Assembly: GCF_963921235.1 (NCBI RefSeq)
Contig: NC_086110.1
Location: forward strand, 23,498,001 to 23,562,000
DNA: 64,000 bases
Origin: Mobula hypostoma
Taxonomy: Eukaryota
Reading direction: 5' to 3'
In this document: one piece after another, positions 48,786 to 60,619 of the stretch
Numbering within the stretch: position 1 is the stretch's first letter
How the letters are laid out: each line of letters opens with the position of its first letter
Translations under genes and position numbers: made by a program
The notes under the pieces: generated by a model
Database searches by the model: none
What the model was told of the DNA's origin: nothing
What the model saw: only the letters and a program-made list of their open reading frames with translations

Positions 48786-48894
48786 CCCCCAAAACAGTCC
48801 ATGATAAAATTCTGAAATGGTTAATTTTCACCTGAGGAAAGCATGTTATAATTCCATTAAGGTGCTCATCTTAAAATTGGGGGTTGTATTAAGA

Positions 48895-49570
48895 AGATGA
48901 CCACAAGAACAGCAGGTACCTGGGAACACCACCACTTGAAAATCCCCCTCCAAGTCACTCGCCATCCTGACTTGGAAACATATTGCAGTTCCTTCATTGT
49001 CACTGTGTCAAAATCATAGAATTCCCTCCCTAACAGCACTGTGGGTGTACGTATACCCCAGGGACTGCAGCGGTTCACGAAGGCAGCTCATCACCACCTT
49101 CTTGGTTAATACCACCTTGTTAAAAGGCCTGAACAGATTAGAAATGGCAAAATTATTTCCTATGTTAGGGGATTCTAGGACAAGAGGGAATGACTTCAAG
49201 ATTGAAGGACATCCATTTAGAACTGAGATGTGGAGAAATCACTTTAGTCAGAGGGTGGTAAATCTGTGGAATTTGTTGCCACGAGCGGCTGTGGAGGCCA
49301 AGTCATTGAGTGTATCTAAGGCAGGGATAGATAGGTTCTTGATTAGCCAGGGCATCAAAGGGTATGGGGTGAAGGCAGGGGAGTGGGGATGACTCAGGAA
49401 TTGGATCAGCCCATGATTGAATGGCGGAGCAGACTCAATGGGCCAAATGGCTTACTTCTGCTCATATATCTTATGGTTTTATGGTCTTCTCAAGGGCAAC
49501 TAGGAATGGGCAATAAATACTGGCTTAGCTGGTGACGACCACATCCTATAAATGAATAAATAAATAAAAA
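48895..49570 (+). mobile_element. LINE 3' end (CR1-clade, gggcaataaat tail) split by a CR1 tail
   Basis: gacttggaaacatattgcagttcc..ggactgcagcggttcacgaaggcagctcatcaccaccttct ... ctcaagggcaactaggaatgggcaataaat..(taaa)n. Confidence 0.8.
49115..49487 (+). mobile_element. CR1 3' end, same subfamily as 40625-42410
   Basis: LKGLNRLEMAKLFPMLGDSRTRG..FSQRVVNLWNLLP; tail cttatggttttatggtctt. Confidence 0.92.
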
Positions 49571-50120
49571 GTCCCTTAAAAGTGGATCTAAATGTGTACC
49601 TTTTTTAGGAATTGTTTAAATATAAAAGCTATTCTGTGCACTAATGATAATTTCTCAGTTGATCAATAACTGCTGGAAAATTGGGCTCGGTACTCTGGAC
49701 ATGATTGGCCTTCGTAGGGACAACATTTATCCAAAGACTGGCTTGCTTCTCAGGGCACCATCTTGTGCACAGTGCCCATTTCACGCTTATTGAACATAAA
49801 ACATAGAACATAGGAATCTACAGCACATACAGACCTTCCTGCCCACAAGGTGCTGAACATGGAACCTACTCATTGAAGGAAATTGTGGAGTTGCAATCCA
49901 TGACCTCCAATTTTTAAACAAATGTGTAACACAAGGAGCAAACTCTTAGTAAATCTCTTAGTAAAGAGATGTGAATTAAAGAGGATGCTAATGTTTTGTT
50001 CACAGATTGCATTAGATTGCAAAGATCACAGTAAAATTATATTTTGCACCTCATTTTAAAATGCTGTGATCAGCAGCCCTTTGGGCCCATCGCTTGAGGC
50101 CACTCATGGCATAGTAGCCC

Positions 50121-50297
50121 ATGGGGTCTGCTCATTGTGTCCAGAAAAACTGGAGAACAGGATCATCCAGCGCCCCCCATCCTTTGGTTCCCTTCATCTC
50201 CATAGCAGTGATTTTTTTTGCCGTTCTGACTCTCTTCTCATCAGTCAGCACAATAACTATGAGTCCTGGAAGGAACAGCTATCTGAAAGCTGCACAG
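50121..50297 (+). CDS. Candidate first coding exon with hydrophobic signal/anchor segment, product unknown
   Basis: MGSAHC...PLVPFISIAVIFFAVLTLFSSVST..MSPGRNSYLKAAQ ends at donor CAG|gtaaag (phase 0); unique DNA. Confidence 0.35.
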
Positions 50298-51344
50298 GTA
50301 AAGTTCTGGTATATTGATTCAGGGAAGAAATTGCCCAACTGACATGGTGTTCACTGCTTTCATCTTTTGTTGAGATTTTATTTTGCTGGTCACTGGGCTG
50401 GTGAAGCTTGTCGTGTCTGTTCAGCATATGAAAAATAAGGAAGTCTACTTTCTTAAAGGTGATGCTCAATTTTAGTCCTTCTGTTTAAATAAGCATGCTC
50501 CTGTTTAATTCGACAAACTGGATTGGTCAGAGTTTGACCAGGACAGGTTTTAGGAGCGTTGTTCCAACAACCCAGGACTCTTTCTCCCTTGGATTAAGGT
50601 TTTAAAAATCTGAAAGGGTTGAGTATGTTCAGAGCAGATCCTTATCTGTTAATTCCTGAACCGTGGGCATCAATTCGAGATAAGGGATCTAGTGTAAATA
50701 AACAATTCCTACAGACTTTTTTTTCAGCAGAGCTGTGCCGAACTGGAGGGAGTGCTTGTGGCCAACGAAGAAATGTTGGCATTTCAAATCCACAAGTTTT
50801 GAGTAACTACAATAAACAATCATGAAATTTGATAAATAATATAACACACTTTCATGACAGGAGGAATGGATGGACCCATGATTTTCCTGTTTGAGTTGTC
50901 ATACTGTGCTATTGTCTTTCTGATGTTTTTTATTTTAAAAAAGTCAATTATAAAAGCATACAAAACTAAATTTGTGACCTTAATCATAACTGAACAGAGC
51001 TAAACTGATCCCTGCCATACTGCAGTGCTTGCATTGGCGTCCCTTTCGTTACACTTGAATGCTCAGTTGGAATAGTTCAGTTCATGTTGGAGTAGGAGGG
51101 AGGAGGGAGGAGGGTCCTGTAATTTTGTTGTGTCTATAAATGCGCATCTACTCATCCCATTAAGTAATCCATAAGTTAAGTAGTGTGAAACTTTTATCAG
51201 TGAAGGAATCAGTGACACAGTCCACTTTATCAGGAATTAGTGGACAGATGAGACGTGGTTTTCTGCTCGTACCAGTTTCATCTGAATGGGGATCATAGAC
51301 CTCTTAAAATAAGGATTTTCGTTTATATCTTGTCTCCTTTACCT

Positions 51345-51590
51345 CTGGGTGTCTCAGATCATTCCACCACAATGTACTGTTGAAGTTTACTCATTGTTAC
51401 AACAAAGGAAGCACTGTAGACATTTTGCATTGTGCAAGTTCCACAAATACAGTGTGATTCATGTTCAGATAGTCTATTTTAGTGTGTCGGTTGAAGGAGA
51501 ATATTGACAGAACACTGAGATGTTAATTCGGGTGTTTGAAATAGTATTATAGGATATTTTACTATATATTCACCTTGTAGAGCAGGTTCT
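51345..51590 (-). mobile_element. Degraded Deu-domain SINE relic
   Basis: caatgtactgttgaagt..tgcaagttccacaaatacag..ggttgaaggagaatattgacagaacactg..gaaatagtattataggatatttt. Confidence 0.55.
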
Positions 51591-51659
51591 ATGCATGAGC
51601 CAGTTGATGCCAATTCACCACAGGATGGCAGACACACATTTGGTGTTATTTAGTTCCTT

Positions 51660-53110
51660 TGTCAGGCCTGTTCCTTAGTCTCCACTCTGCTAATGGGAGT
51701 TACATGCTGCTCATTTCCAACTCATCACCTGCAGCCCATTTAAACCCAACTCTCATCCCCAGATCTTGTTCACTCATTGAACCAGCCAGCCTCAACCTGT
51801 TGCTCCTAATCTTCAGTTACCTTGTCGCCTTGTTGTATTTTGTATCTGTTCTGTCTTGTTTTGTGGCCACCCGTGGCTTGTTATTTTGCAGTTTATTAGT
51901 AAAATTTTGTTTACTGCTAAGCCATTGCCGCTGCTCTGCTTTTGGGTCAAGCCTCCTCAATATTTCCTGACGCCCCTTTATAACTTTATCCCATATTCTT
52001 AATTGCCACTTAGAAACTAACCCTTTGATTGCTCTTTTTGGCACCTCGAGTGAAGTTGACATGCATTTGAGTCTGACTAAACGTCGAACATTATCTTTTG
52101 CTTCTCTTTTGACTAGACGTTTAGTTCTTCTTAGGGGTGGAGAGATGTTGCCCCACCCACTCATGCTCACTGGCTTAGAGACATTATGTCTCGCTTAGAC
52201 CTTGAAAAGATTCGTTATTCACTTCTTAATTCGGACAGTGTGATACATGTCCTTTTGGTTATATTGGGTTGATAAGAAGGATCGGCCTATCTGGGTAGAT
52301 TTGGAATTGAAAGCTGTGAAACAGTTTTATTTAACTTTGTTATTGGGAGCTGCTTTGCCTATACAATTAGCTAAAGTTGCTAATTTAGACTTATACCCTG
52401 TGATTAAGGATTCTTTACAAACTTGGCTTCAGTTCTGCAATATTTTTAATCTTAAAAAGTTTAAGCCTTGTAGTTTACTTTATCAAAACTACTTTTTTAA
52501 GCCTTCTTTGAGTGATCCAATTTTTTTACTTTGGAAAAATAAAGGTATTAATTCTTTTTTGGATTTATTTAAAGAAGGTAGACTGATGTCCTTTGAACAA
52601 TTAGTTGATAAATATTCTCTTTCATACTCACACTTCTTACAATATCTCCAACTTAGACATTTCTTACAAAGATTTTTAAGTAATTTTCCTTAATTCGGAC
52701 AGGAAGTTCAATTTTCATAATTCCTCTTTAGATTAAAGGTTTATTCTCCTTTTTTTTGTATTTTATTCCCTTACTTTCAGTCTTTTTTTCTGGTTACGGT
52801 TTTTTTCATGTGAAATACATTACAGTTTAGGTAGTAGGCAATATACTTGTTTTTATATTTACAGCTCTGTGGTGACAAAAGCTCTGCTTAACTTTTCTTT
52901 ACATCGAAATGGTTGGCTTGGAGTTGCGTAGTGGGAAGGTGGGGAGGATACTAACTTTATATGATTTATTTTGGGTGCTTTTTCTTTACTGTTATGAATT
53001 GTATATTAGACATGCTTGTTTTGCATTGTATAAATCTCTTTTTTGCTGGTGTTTTTTTTCTGTTGCATTGTAGAAACTTGTAAAAAATTAATTTTAAAAA
53101 ATCCCTGACA
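51660..53110 (+). mobile_element. Gypsy-like solo LTR (about 315 bp) with an L1 inserted at its 3' end
   Basis: TGTCAGG ... CCTGACA termini; perfect 5-bp TSD tcctt (51655-59 / 53111-15); TATA-like atttaaa, agtaaa signal, gcttttgggtc motif. Confidence 0.85.
51972..53101 (+). mobile_element. L1-clade LINE 3' fragment (rearranged)
   Basis: NPLIALFG..ASLLTRRLVLL.WRDVAPPTHAHWLRDIMSRLDLEKIRY; ORF 52247-52693 with WKNKGI..DLF..LMSFEQL..FLQYLQLRHF; T-rich 3' UTR and A-rich end. Confidence 0.88.
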
Positions 53111-53129
53111 TCCTTTGCAGAACAATTTA

Positions 53130-53387
53130 TGATTTAGAGATACAGCACGGTAACAGGTCCTTCTGGAGCAAGGAGCCTATGCCATCCAATTACACCCTTG
53201 TGAATAATTTACCTACTAATATATACGTCTTGGAATGTGGGAGGAAACCAGAGCATGTTGAGGAAACCCACGTTGTCACAGGGAGAAGGTACAAACTCCT
53301 GTTAGAGAGCATTGGTACTGAACCCAGATCGCTGCAGCTATAATCATGTAACATTACCTGTAATGTAACCATGCAGCACCACGCCCC
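53130..53387 (-). mobile_element. HE1-like V-SINE
   Basis: ggaatgtgggaggaaaccagagca..ggaaacccacgttgtcacagggagaaggtacaaactcc..tgaaccc. Confidence 0.88.
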
Positions 53388-54207
53388 GGCCCCACAAGTC
53401 AACCATGTTCTTTAAAAAAAAATGCTTGATTCTAATGGACCAACTGCAGCTAATGAAAGTAATAAAATAAAATGATCATGCTTTGCAGCCGAGAAAACCT
53501 GGGGTGTTGCATACTGTGGCATTGGCAATAAAATATGCTATTAAAATAGTGCTTATTTTGTGTAAATTTCATTTAAACTGTAGATTATGTGCTTGTTTGT
53601 GGCACGTCACCTGTGATCACTAATGTTTCCATGTTCTAGTCCGGTGCATCTGTCAGGGGAATTTTCAATATTCCTGGGAGGAAGAAACCTAACTGTGAGA
53701 TGCTGAAATCCAGGGGGAAGGGAAGTATAGCGGTTTGGTCTTATCAGCAGGCTGATGTACTAAGCTGTAGGTTTGCAGAAAACTGTCAGGCCACTTTCTC
53801 AGCAGTGCTCAAAATTCTGACAGAACGGGGCCATGTGAATTGTCGTATCACATTTTTGTTTGATTTTGTTTCCTCTGTGGTCAGAGCCATTTCTTGCCGT
53901 TTATAAGAGGTAAAAAAGTAAATCTATGCAGGATGAGACCCAATTAGCAATAAAATTGAAAGCATGTTCCACCACAATCACACTATACAGTGTCTCAAGG
54001 TTTTCCCAAAGGTGTATGAAATCTAAACGTAGGATTTTGGAAATACCCCATTTTTTTCTTCCTTTTCAAACCTGTTCACAACTGGATCTTTTTGATATTG
54101 TCTCCCTCCTGTGGATGACCTAATGGCAGAGGAGATCTCAAAGCTGAAGCAGGATCAGAGTGATGGAGCTTCCACTTTATTGTACTGTTTCTTTCAACCT
54201 AACATGA

Positions 54208-54660
54208 TTAAGATTTAGATTTATTAATCACATATACATCGAAACACTCAGTGAAGGGTGTCGTTTGCGTTAACAGCCAACACGCCCAAGTACGTTCTGG
54301 GGGCAGTCCATAACGTGCCGACGCACTTTCTGGCGCTAACATAGCATGCCCACTACGCCTGGCAGAGCAACACAGAACACAGCAAGCTACAAAACAACAA
54401 AAACAAAACAAGCCTTGTCTTCTCCCTCCTACCCACCGGCCCATGCACAACACAGGCTTCCAACCCCAGTACTGGCCATCTTTGACCTCCAGTGTCCGGT
54501 GGACTTGGAATTGCATAAGCTGGGCTTCAACTTAGCCAGTGGACTGACAGACATTTGTAGACTTGGCCCTCCAGCCATCATGCCTCGACTTCCTGAATTC
54601 CAGTCGATCTTGGTATCAACCCTAGACCTCGCTGATGACGACAAAATCTGCGTGTTCCAT
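54208..54660 (-). mobile_element. Non-autonomous retroelement fragment related to 38280-39680
   Basis: gatttagatttattaatcacatatacatcgaaac..gtcgtttgcgttaaca..aacatagcatgccca..aaaacaagcc. Confidence 0.65.
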
Positions 54661-55654
54661 TGATTTTATGCCTGAAATCAGTGGAGCACGGTCAAAAAAC
54701 TGGATAATTTTAATTTCAAATTGTGTTCCGTGAAGACTGAGTTTCTATGATTTTTATTTTTCCTTTTTATTGGATTTAGTTTTGGCAATGACATGCACAG
54801 AATGAATTAATGATTGTTGAAAGATAGTAATTTAGTTGTATCAGATCTTGAAGGAGAATTTAAAAAGTTTATGCCACCTGTGTGTGATTGAGCATATTTT
54901 AAAAGTCTAAAATAAAAATGAAAATGTACAAAGAAACTGATACTAAGATAACTCGTGTTTGCGCTAAGATAACTAGTAAATGTCTCCAAGTACCTTAAGC
55001 TTTGTTCAGTCATCCAAAATTAGGTTATTCAGAACTTGTGAATTGAAACTATTTAAAACTGCTTAATTTTGTGTATATCTTTTTTTAGCTTTGTTAATGA
55101 AAAGGCACATATTCATGCTTTAAAATATTACGGGCTTTGATGCAAACTTTTGAAAATTGCCTTTTAAATTGCTCCCAATTGTGCAAACTGATTATGGATT
55201 TTGTATTTGATATGCAAATGCATTTGAGGAAAATTCGTGGAAGACTTGCTTCACGAAGCAGCAGATTTGAGGGCACAATCTACCCTCTGATCACTGTAAT
55301 CAAAGCAGAAATGCTACCCTAGTCCTGTTGCAGGGTTTCAATCTAAAACATGGACAATTCATTCCACACCCCCCACCCCCCAGTGCTGGCTGGGCCCTGC
55401 TGAATTCCCCCAGCAGATTGTTACTCTGGATTCTGTGTCTCCAACATTCACTTGGGGGTGGGATGGATTTAACTGCTGGCAGTGCCATTGACACATTTAA
55501 ATCAATAAATGCAAAAATCAATGAGAAGGGCTGTATAGCAGATGATGGAGTGAGGATTGGTAGTAGAGGTGGGTGATATATGCAGTATGTATGTTACAAG
55601 AAGGATAAGAGCTAAGAGAAGGTTCAGAGGATCAGTGAATATTGCAATAAAAAT

Positions 55655-55874
55655 AAATGACTGAATAAAGGACACCAGAGAGGCAACTGTGGAATACTTT
55701 CTTTCCAGGCATTTATTATAAGCAAAGTTGAGTTTTGAAATAAAAGAGACACCTCCAGTGGCAGGCAGAAGTGTGACTTTCATCCAGTTCATGATCTTCC
55801 AGCACCAGTTAATGTCTGTCTCAGTTTGCATCCCTGCAAACAGCTGGGAGATCACATTTACTTTAATTCAAGGC
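55655..55874. mobile_element. Second (partial, inverted) copy of the long-TIR MITE
   Basis: ccagagaggcaact..tttccaggcatttattata..gtgactttcatccagtt..cagttaatgtc..cagctgggagatcacatttactttaattcaaggc matches the reverse complement of 21570-21760. Confidence 0.75.
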
Positions 55875-55999
55875 AGGTCAGATGATCTTCGAGCGCGGAT
55901 CAGCACTTGTAATTGTGATATCTCATAAAGAAAATGCGGTCAAGGGAAGGAGGGATTGGCAACCTCATATTCTGTCTTCTAGAGTTTTCAGAAATGATA

Positions 56000-57812
56000 A
56001 AGGTGAATGCAAAAGTGGAGTTGAGGGAAAATATAATGGCATTACTTGGAGAAGATGTCCTGGAGGGATCATCCTATGAGGTCTTATAGGAGGAATGACA
56101 GGAGTGGGGTAATCACCTTGCTGGGGTTATACTGTCAACCTCCCAATAGTTAGTCAATGGGAGGCGGAGGTGATAAATATTATGGGACACATAACGGCAG
56201 ATAAATCGCCATGGGATCTATCCTGAATTGGAATGGGAGGCAAGGGAGGAGATAGCTGGGGACCGGACAGAGCTTTTTGCATTTTCATTAGCCACAGGTG
56301 AGGTGCAGAAGATTGGAGGGCATCTGATCTTATTTCTCTATTAAAAAGGGTAGCAGCAAAAGCCAGGTAACCTACAGGTTGATGAGACTCACAGGAGAGT
56401 GAGGAAAATATCAGATAAAATCCTGAGGTCTAAGATTACATACATTTGCAAAGATAAGGGCTGATCAGGGACAGTAAGGAATTCTTGTCTCACTTACAAT
56501 GATTGATTTTTTTTGAGGACATGTCTAAAGCAATTAATGAAGGTAGAGTGACAGACATTGCCTATATGGATGTTAATAAAGTATTTGATATGGTCCTGCA
56601 TGGACGGTTGGCCCAGGATGATAAAGCACATAAGGATACAGGTAGGCTGGCTCATTGGATTTTAGGAGGTAGAATGTATGGTTGGAGGATGCTTTTATGA
56701 TTGGAAATCTGTGACTAATAGTGTATTGGAGAGATCAGCACTAGGACCCTTGTATATTAATAATTTGGATGTGAAAGGAGGCAGTATGATTACAAATTGG
56801 TGAAGGCACAGAAGTTGGTGGTGTCGTCTAAGGAGTCAGCAGGATAGAGATGAGATGGAAAACTGACAGAGTGATGGGAGGTGGAATTTACTCCTGTAAG
56901 TGATAGGGTGCTGTGGGAATGTTGGTGAACAGAGAGTCCTTGGGGTTGAGACTTTAGTTCCCCAGAATTGACAACTCAGGTAAATAGTATATGTCAGGGC
57001 ATAGAATGTAAAAGTCAGGATGTTATGTTTACAAAACTCTGGTTAGATTGCACTTGGAGTATTGTGTACACTATGGTCTCCACACTTTAGGAAGGATATG
57101 GTTGTGTCAGAGAGCGTGCAGAGGAGATTCAGCCAGCCGTTGCCTGGATTGGAGAACTTTAGTTATGGAGAGATTGGATTAGTTGGGTTTGCTTTCTCTG
57201 GAGTGAAAGAGTTTCTATACACTCTGATCTTGTGGAAATAAATAAAATTATACTCTTCTGCAGAATATCTTGGATCGAATAGATGCTTAGAATTTTTTTC
57301 CCGCTGTAAGTGTATCAAAAACAAGAGGGCATAGGTTTAAGGTACGAGGAAGGAGCTTTAAAGTTTGAGAGGAATATTTTAAAAGAGAATCAATAATCAA
57401 GATTGTTTAATGTCATTTCCAGTGCGCTAGTGTAAAGGAAAACAGAAAAATTGTTACTCTGGATCTGATGCAGCACAAAAAAAAACACAATGAATATAAA
57501 TACATAAGATAACATATAAGTTGATTGATTATATGTCCATAAAGTGATGCTAGACACAGGAGAGTCTGTACATAAAGTGACTGACAGGAAATGATAAAGT
57601 GGTGGTGTGAGTTGTTGACATATGAAACTTGTGGCTAAGGAAGTTGGCGGAGTTGGATGCAATCGCTGTTTTTAAGAGTCATTTAGACAGGCAGTTAAAT
57701 AGGGAAGCCATGTGATACCTACCTAGTGTGGACAAGTGGGATTAGTATAGATGGGAAAAGTGGCCAGCATGAATGTATGTGGTGGGCTGAATGGCCTGTG
57801 TCCGTGCAATGC
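56000..57812 (+). mobile_element. Old, heavily degraded CR1 LINE
   Basis: IFFEDMSKAINEGRVTDIAYMDVNKVFDMVLHGRL; gcacttggagtattgtgtaca; 3' end gggctgaatggcctgt. Confidence 0.85.
57386..57620 (-). mobile_element. Short retroelement 3' tail inserted in CR1
   Basis: aatcaataatcaagattgtttaatgtcatt..gttactctggatctgatgcagcac interrupts the CR1 sequence. Confidence 0.55.
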
Positions 57813-58757
57813 AATCCTCTGTCTCCATATCAGCACAAATGCTGCTTCTGCCTTTTGGGCTGTGTTCCAGATCACTGCTTGTTGTGAAGTTGTTTTTCTT
57901 CCTGGTGGCTTTGAGCACTTTCCTGAATCATCATTTCCGTCTGTCTGGTAACCACTTCTCTAGAGTGCCTGTTTCAGTGGTCTGGTTCTGGGACTGGACA
58001 TGATGTGTCCTACCCAACTGAACCAAATGAGTACAACTGGAGACTCGATGTAGGAGATGTTGTTTGGGGGAGGATACTGAGATGGTTTGTTTATCCGTGC
58101 AATGAATTTGGAAGATTTTGCATTGAAAGTACTTTTACCGTGGGTGATTCATATGGAGGTGGGATCACTACTTTCCAGCACCTTGGCTGTTTATTCCCTT
58201 CCACAGATCCTGCCTCACCTGCTGACTTCCTCCATCATCTTGTGTGTGTTAGTCTGGATCCGCAGAACCGCACGTATTTATGGCGTGTCGGGCCATGTGT
58301 TTAGTGCCATAGTTAAGGTTTCGGTATCAACCGGTCTTTTCCTCAAAGGAGCAGAGACTGTAAAACGGGGACATTTCAAGTGTACAGTACTGTATACTCT
58401 CTACTCCCTTAATGCCGTGTCTCTGTTCTACACAGCGCCATTCAGTGGCGGCGCTTTCTGACCGTAGCTCTCTAAGTGGGAGCTCATTTATATGAAAAGA
58501 CTGACTGTAACCAATCATATCGCAGCCCGAGACCTTGGGAGTCTGAATCTTGTGGAAAGTATAAGATTACCTAACGAGCATTCACTCCCAGGCAGTGTGC
58601 TTGCGAGTAGCTCGCAGTATCTCATACCACACGAGTGAGGTCACACTACTAGATGATGTATTAAACTTAAAACACGCTACAGGAGAGCGGTGGAGGACTT
58701 TTATTTTCCGGGACCTGGAGAGGCTTCACATCGCGGAGAGGGGGGAAAACGAACTCA

Positions 58758-58772
58758 ATGATGAACTACTTG
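58758..58772 (+). CDS. Possible coding start (MMNYL) at the end of a first exon
   Basis: ATG ATG AAC TAC TTG directly followed by the consensus donor gtaagt (phase 0). Confidence 0.25.
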
Positions 58773-59446
58773 GTAAGTGTTACACTGGGTGGTCAGTAAA
58801 AGCCAATGTCTGGGGTTGCAACTTTTCATGCTGGGCTGCGCCGTTATCTGTCGGGAGCCCCTCGCTGGTCACTGGACGTGTTTGGGGCGCTGCTGTCGCG
58901 TTAGCTTTCCGCTAAATTGCGGAGACGAACCGAGCGGCTGAGGCGCAGTCGTTCCCTTGGACGCTTGGAGAAGCAGGGCCCATTTCCAGGAGTTTGTTCT
59001 GGTCTCGCCCTGCAACTTGTCAGCGACGGGGTCCGTAAGTCCGCGCTTTTATTGACATCCAGACAGCCGAGGTCAGCGGCGGAGCAGCCCCGTTAAAGAA
59101 AATCACTGCACGTAGAAAAGTGTAGGGTTTTCCTCACGCCTTTTGTCATTGTACCGGTTTCAAGTTTGTTCCAGCAATCGGATTTAGCCGTGAGCGTTAT
59201 TTACGGCAGTGAAGAGTCCTCGTTGCTTCCTGTTCGGTTGGGATTGCGAGTTCGGAGGGAAATAAACTTTGGGACTTTATTTTTATGGGGTGGGGGCGGT
59301 GTAGTGATGGAGAGGAGAGTAAAAGGTGGGTTTCAAACCTTGGCAGACCCGTAGGTAGGCAGCTCAGCTACGTAAGACGCTGGAAGGAGCCTGTATGAGC
59401 TGGCGTGTGTATTTCGATGGTGGAGTGAGATTCGTGCCCCGAGGAC

Positions 59447-59508
59447 ATGAAATCACAGCTCACCCCAGCTGATGAATCACAAAAGGCAGGTGTCAGCCTA
59501 CAGTCAAG
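59447..59508 (+). CDS. Possible alternative coding start (MKSQLTPADESQKAGVSLQS)
   Basis: gacATG with -3 purine, open to donor AAG|gtgagc (phase 2), at the 3' edge of the CpG island. Confidence 0.25.
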
Positions 59509-59762
59509 GTGAGCTGAGTAGAAGGGTGTAATTTAAAACTCTCTGTGTGTGCTACACATACCTGTTTTTTAAAACAACTTTACAAGTTACCCGAAGAGTA
59601 CATTTAATGAGAGCTTTCCGGTCAAAGGATGTTATATAAATTATAAACAGGTTTGACCGAACAAGGTTGCTCAGCAAATGAACCTTTAAAGGGAATCTCT
59701 TCCTTTCTCCTTGGGCTGAGATTTCTTCTTTATTGTCTTCTGCCCAATTTACCTTTGTTAGC

Positions 59763-60050
59763 ATAAACACAAACGATTCTGCAGATGCTGGAAATCCAGA
59801 GCACCATATAAAATGCAGGAGGAACTCAGCAGGTGAGGCTGCATCTAAACAGGCGGCGTTTCGGGCCGAAATCTTTAATGGGGACTCAGTGTGCCCACCT
59901 TTTAAATCTTTTTTTCTCTCCATTTCTTCCGAAGGGTCTCGGCCCGAAACGTCGACTGTACTCTTTTCCATTGATGCTGCCTGGCCTGCTGAGTTCCTCC
60001 AGCATTTTGCGTGTGTTGCTCGGATTTCCAGCGTCTGAAGACTTTCTCTT
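59763..60050. mobile_element. PLE-derived fold-back element with partial hammerhead motif
   Basis: ttctgcagatgctggaaatcc..ggaggaactcagcagg.. inverted against gctgcctggcctgctgagttcctccagc..ggatttccagcgtctg; gaagggtctcggcccgaaacgtcgactg. Confidence 0.9.
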
Positions 60051-60619
60051 GTTCCGCTTTGAGAACAGCCAATCATTTCTAAACCTGCCCTCATCTAATG
60101 CTGGCAGAAATGAAATAATAAAAGCAGAAAATGCAGGAGCTCTCAGAGGGTCATTGACCTGAAGTGTGAATTCAGGGTCTGTCACCATGGATGCTACCTG
60201 AACTGTATTTTCTGTTTTTATTGCAGGGTCTCCAGCTGTCGCAGTTTGTTGATTTTATGGGAATTAGTTAATGTTGGGAGAAGTGATGGGCACAGTGACT
60301 CAGCTGGTAGAGCCACTGCCTCAGTGCAGGAGACCCAGGTCCTGGGACCTATCTGTGTGGAGTCCACACGTTCTGCCTGTGACTCTGTGGCTTTCTTTTG
60401 GGCGGACAGGTTGCCTGCCAACTCCCACGTCTTGGACTAGTGACAAGGAGTCCAGAATAATTGGAGACACAGACTGCGGTCCAAGGTCTTACCACTCTGG
60501 CATTTGTGAGCTCCCATCTAAAGACAGTAGATCAGAGGAACAAATCTTTGGATAGTGAGGGCTTTGTGTAGTTAAGTGAGGGGTAAATTAGGCATGAGGT
60601 AGCCACCTTGTTTTAATTT

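Larger units (their letters stand above)
58260..59520. promoter_or_regulatory. CpG island / probable promoter with first exon(s)
   Basis: Dense intact CpGs in non-TE DNA against a CpG-depleted background; CCAAT at 58511; ETS-like ttccgg/cttcct; donors TTG|gtaagt (58772), cc|gtaagt (~59034), AAG|gtgagc (59508). Confidence 0.8.

Noticed and set aside
52247-52693. 148-aa ORF as a host gene
   Set aside because: It carries L1 ORF2 post-RT motifs and lies inside an L1 fragment.
58758-58772. Synapsin-like start (MNYL), and RRLSD in the 43327-43542 ORF
   Set aside because: The matches are only 4-5 residues long, on opposite strands and 15 kb apart. Synapsin domain A is contiguous, so this is coincidence.
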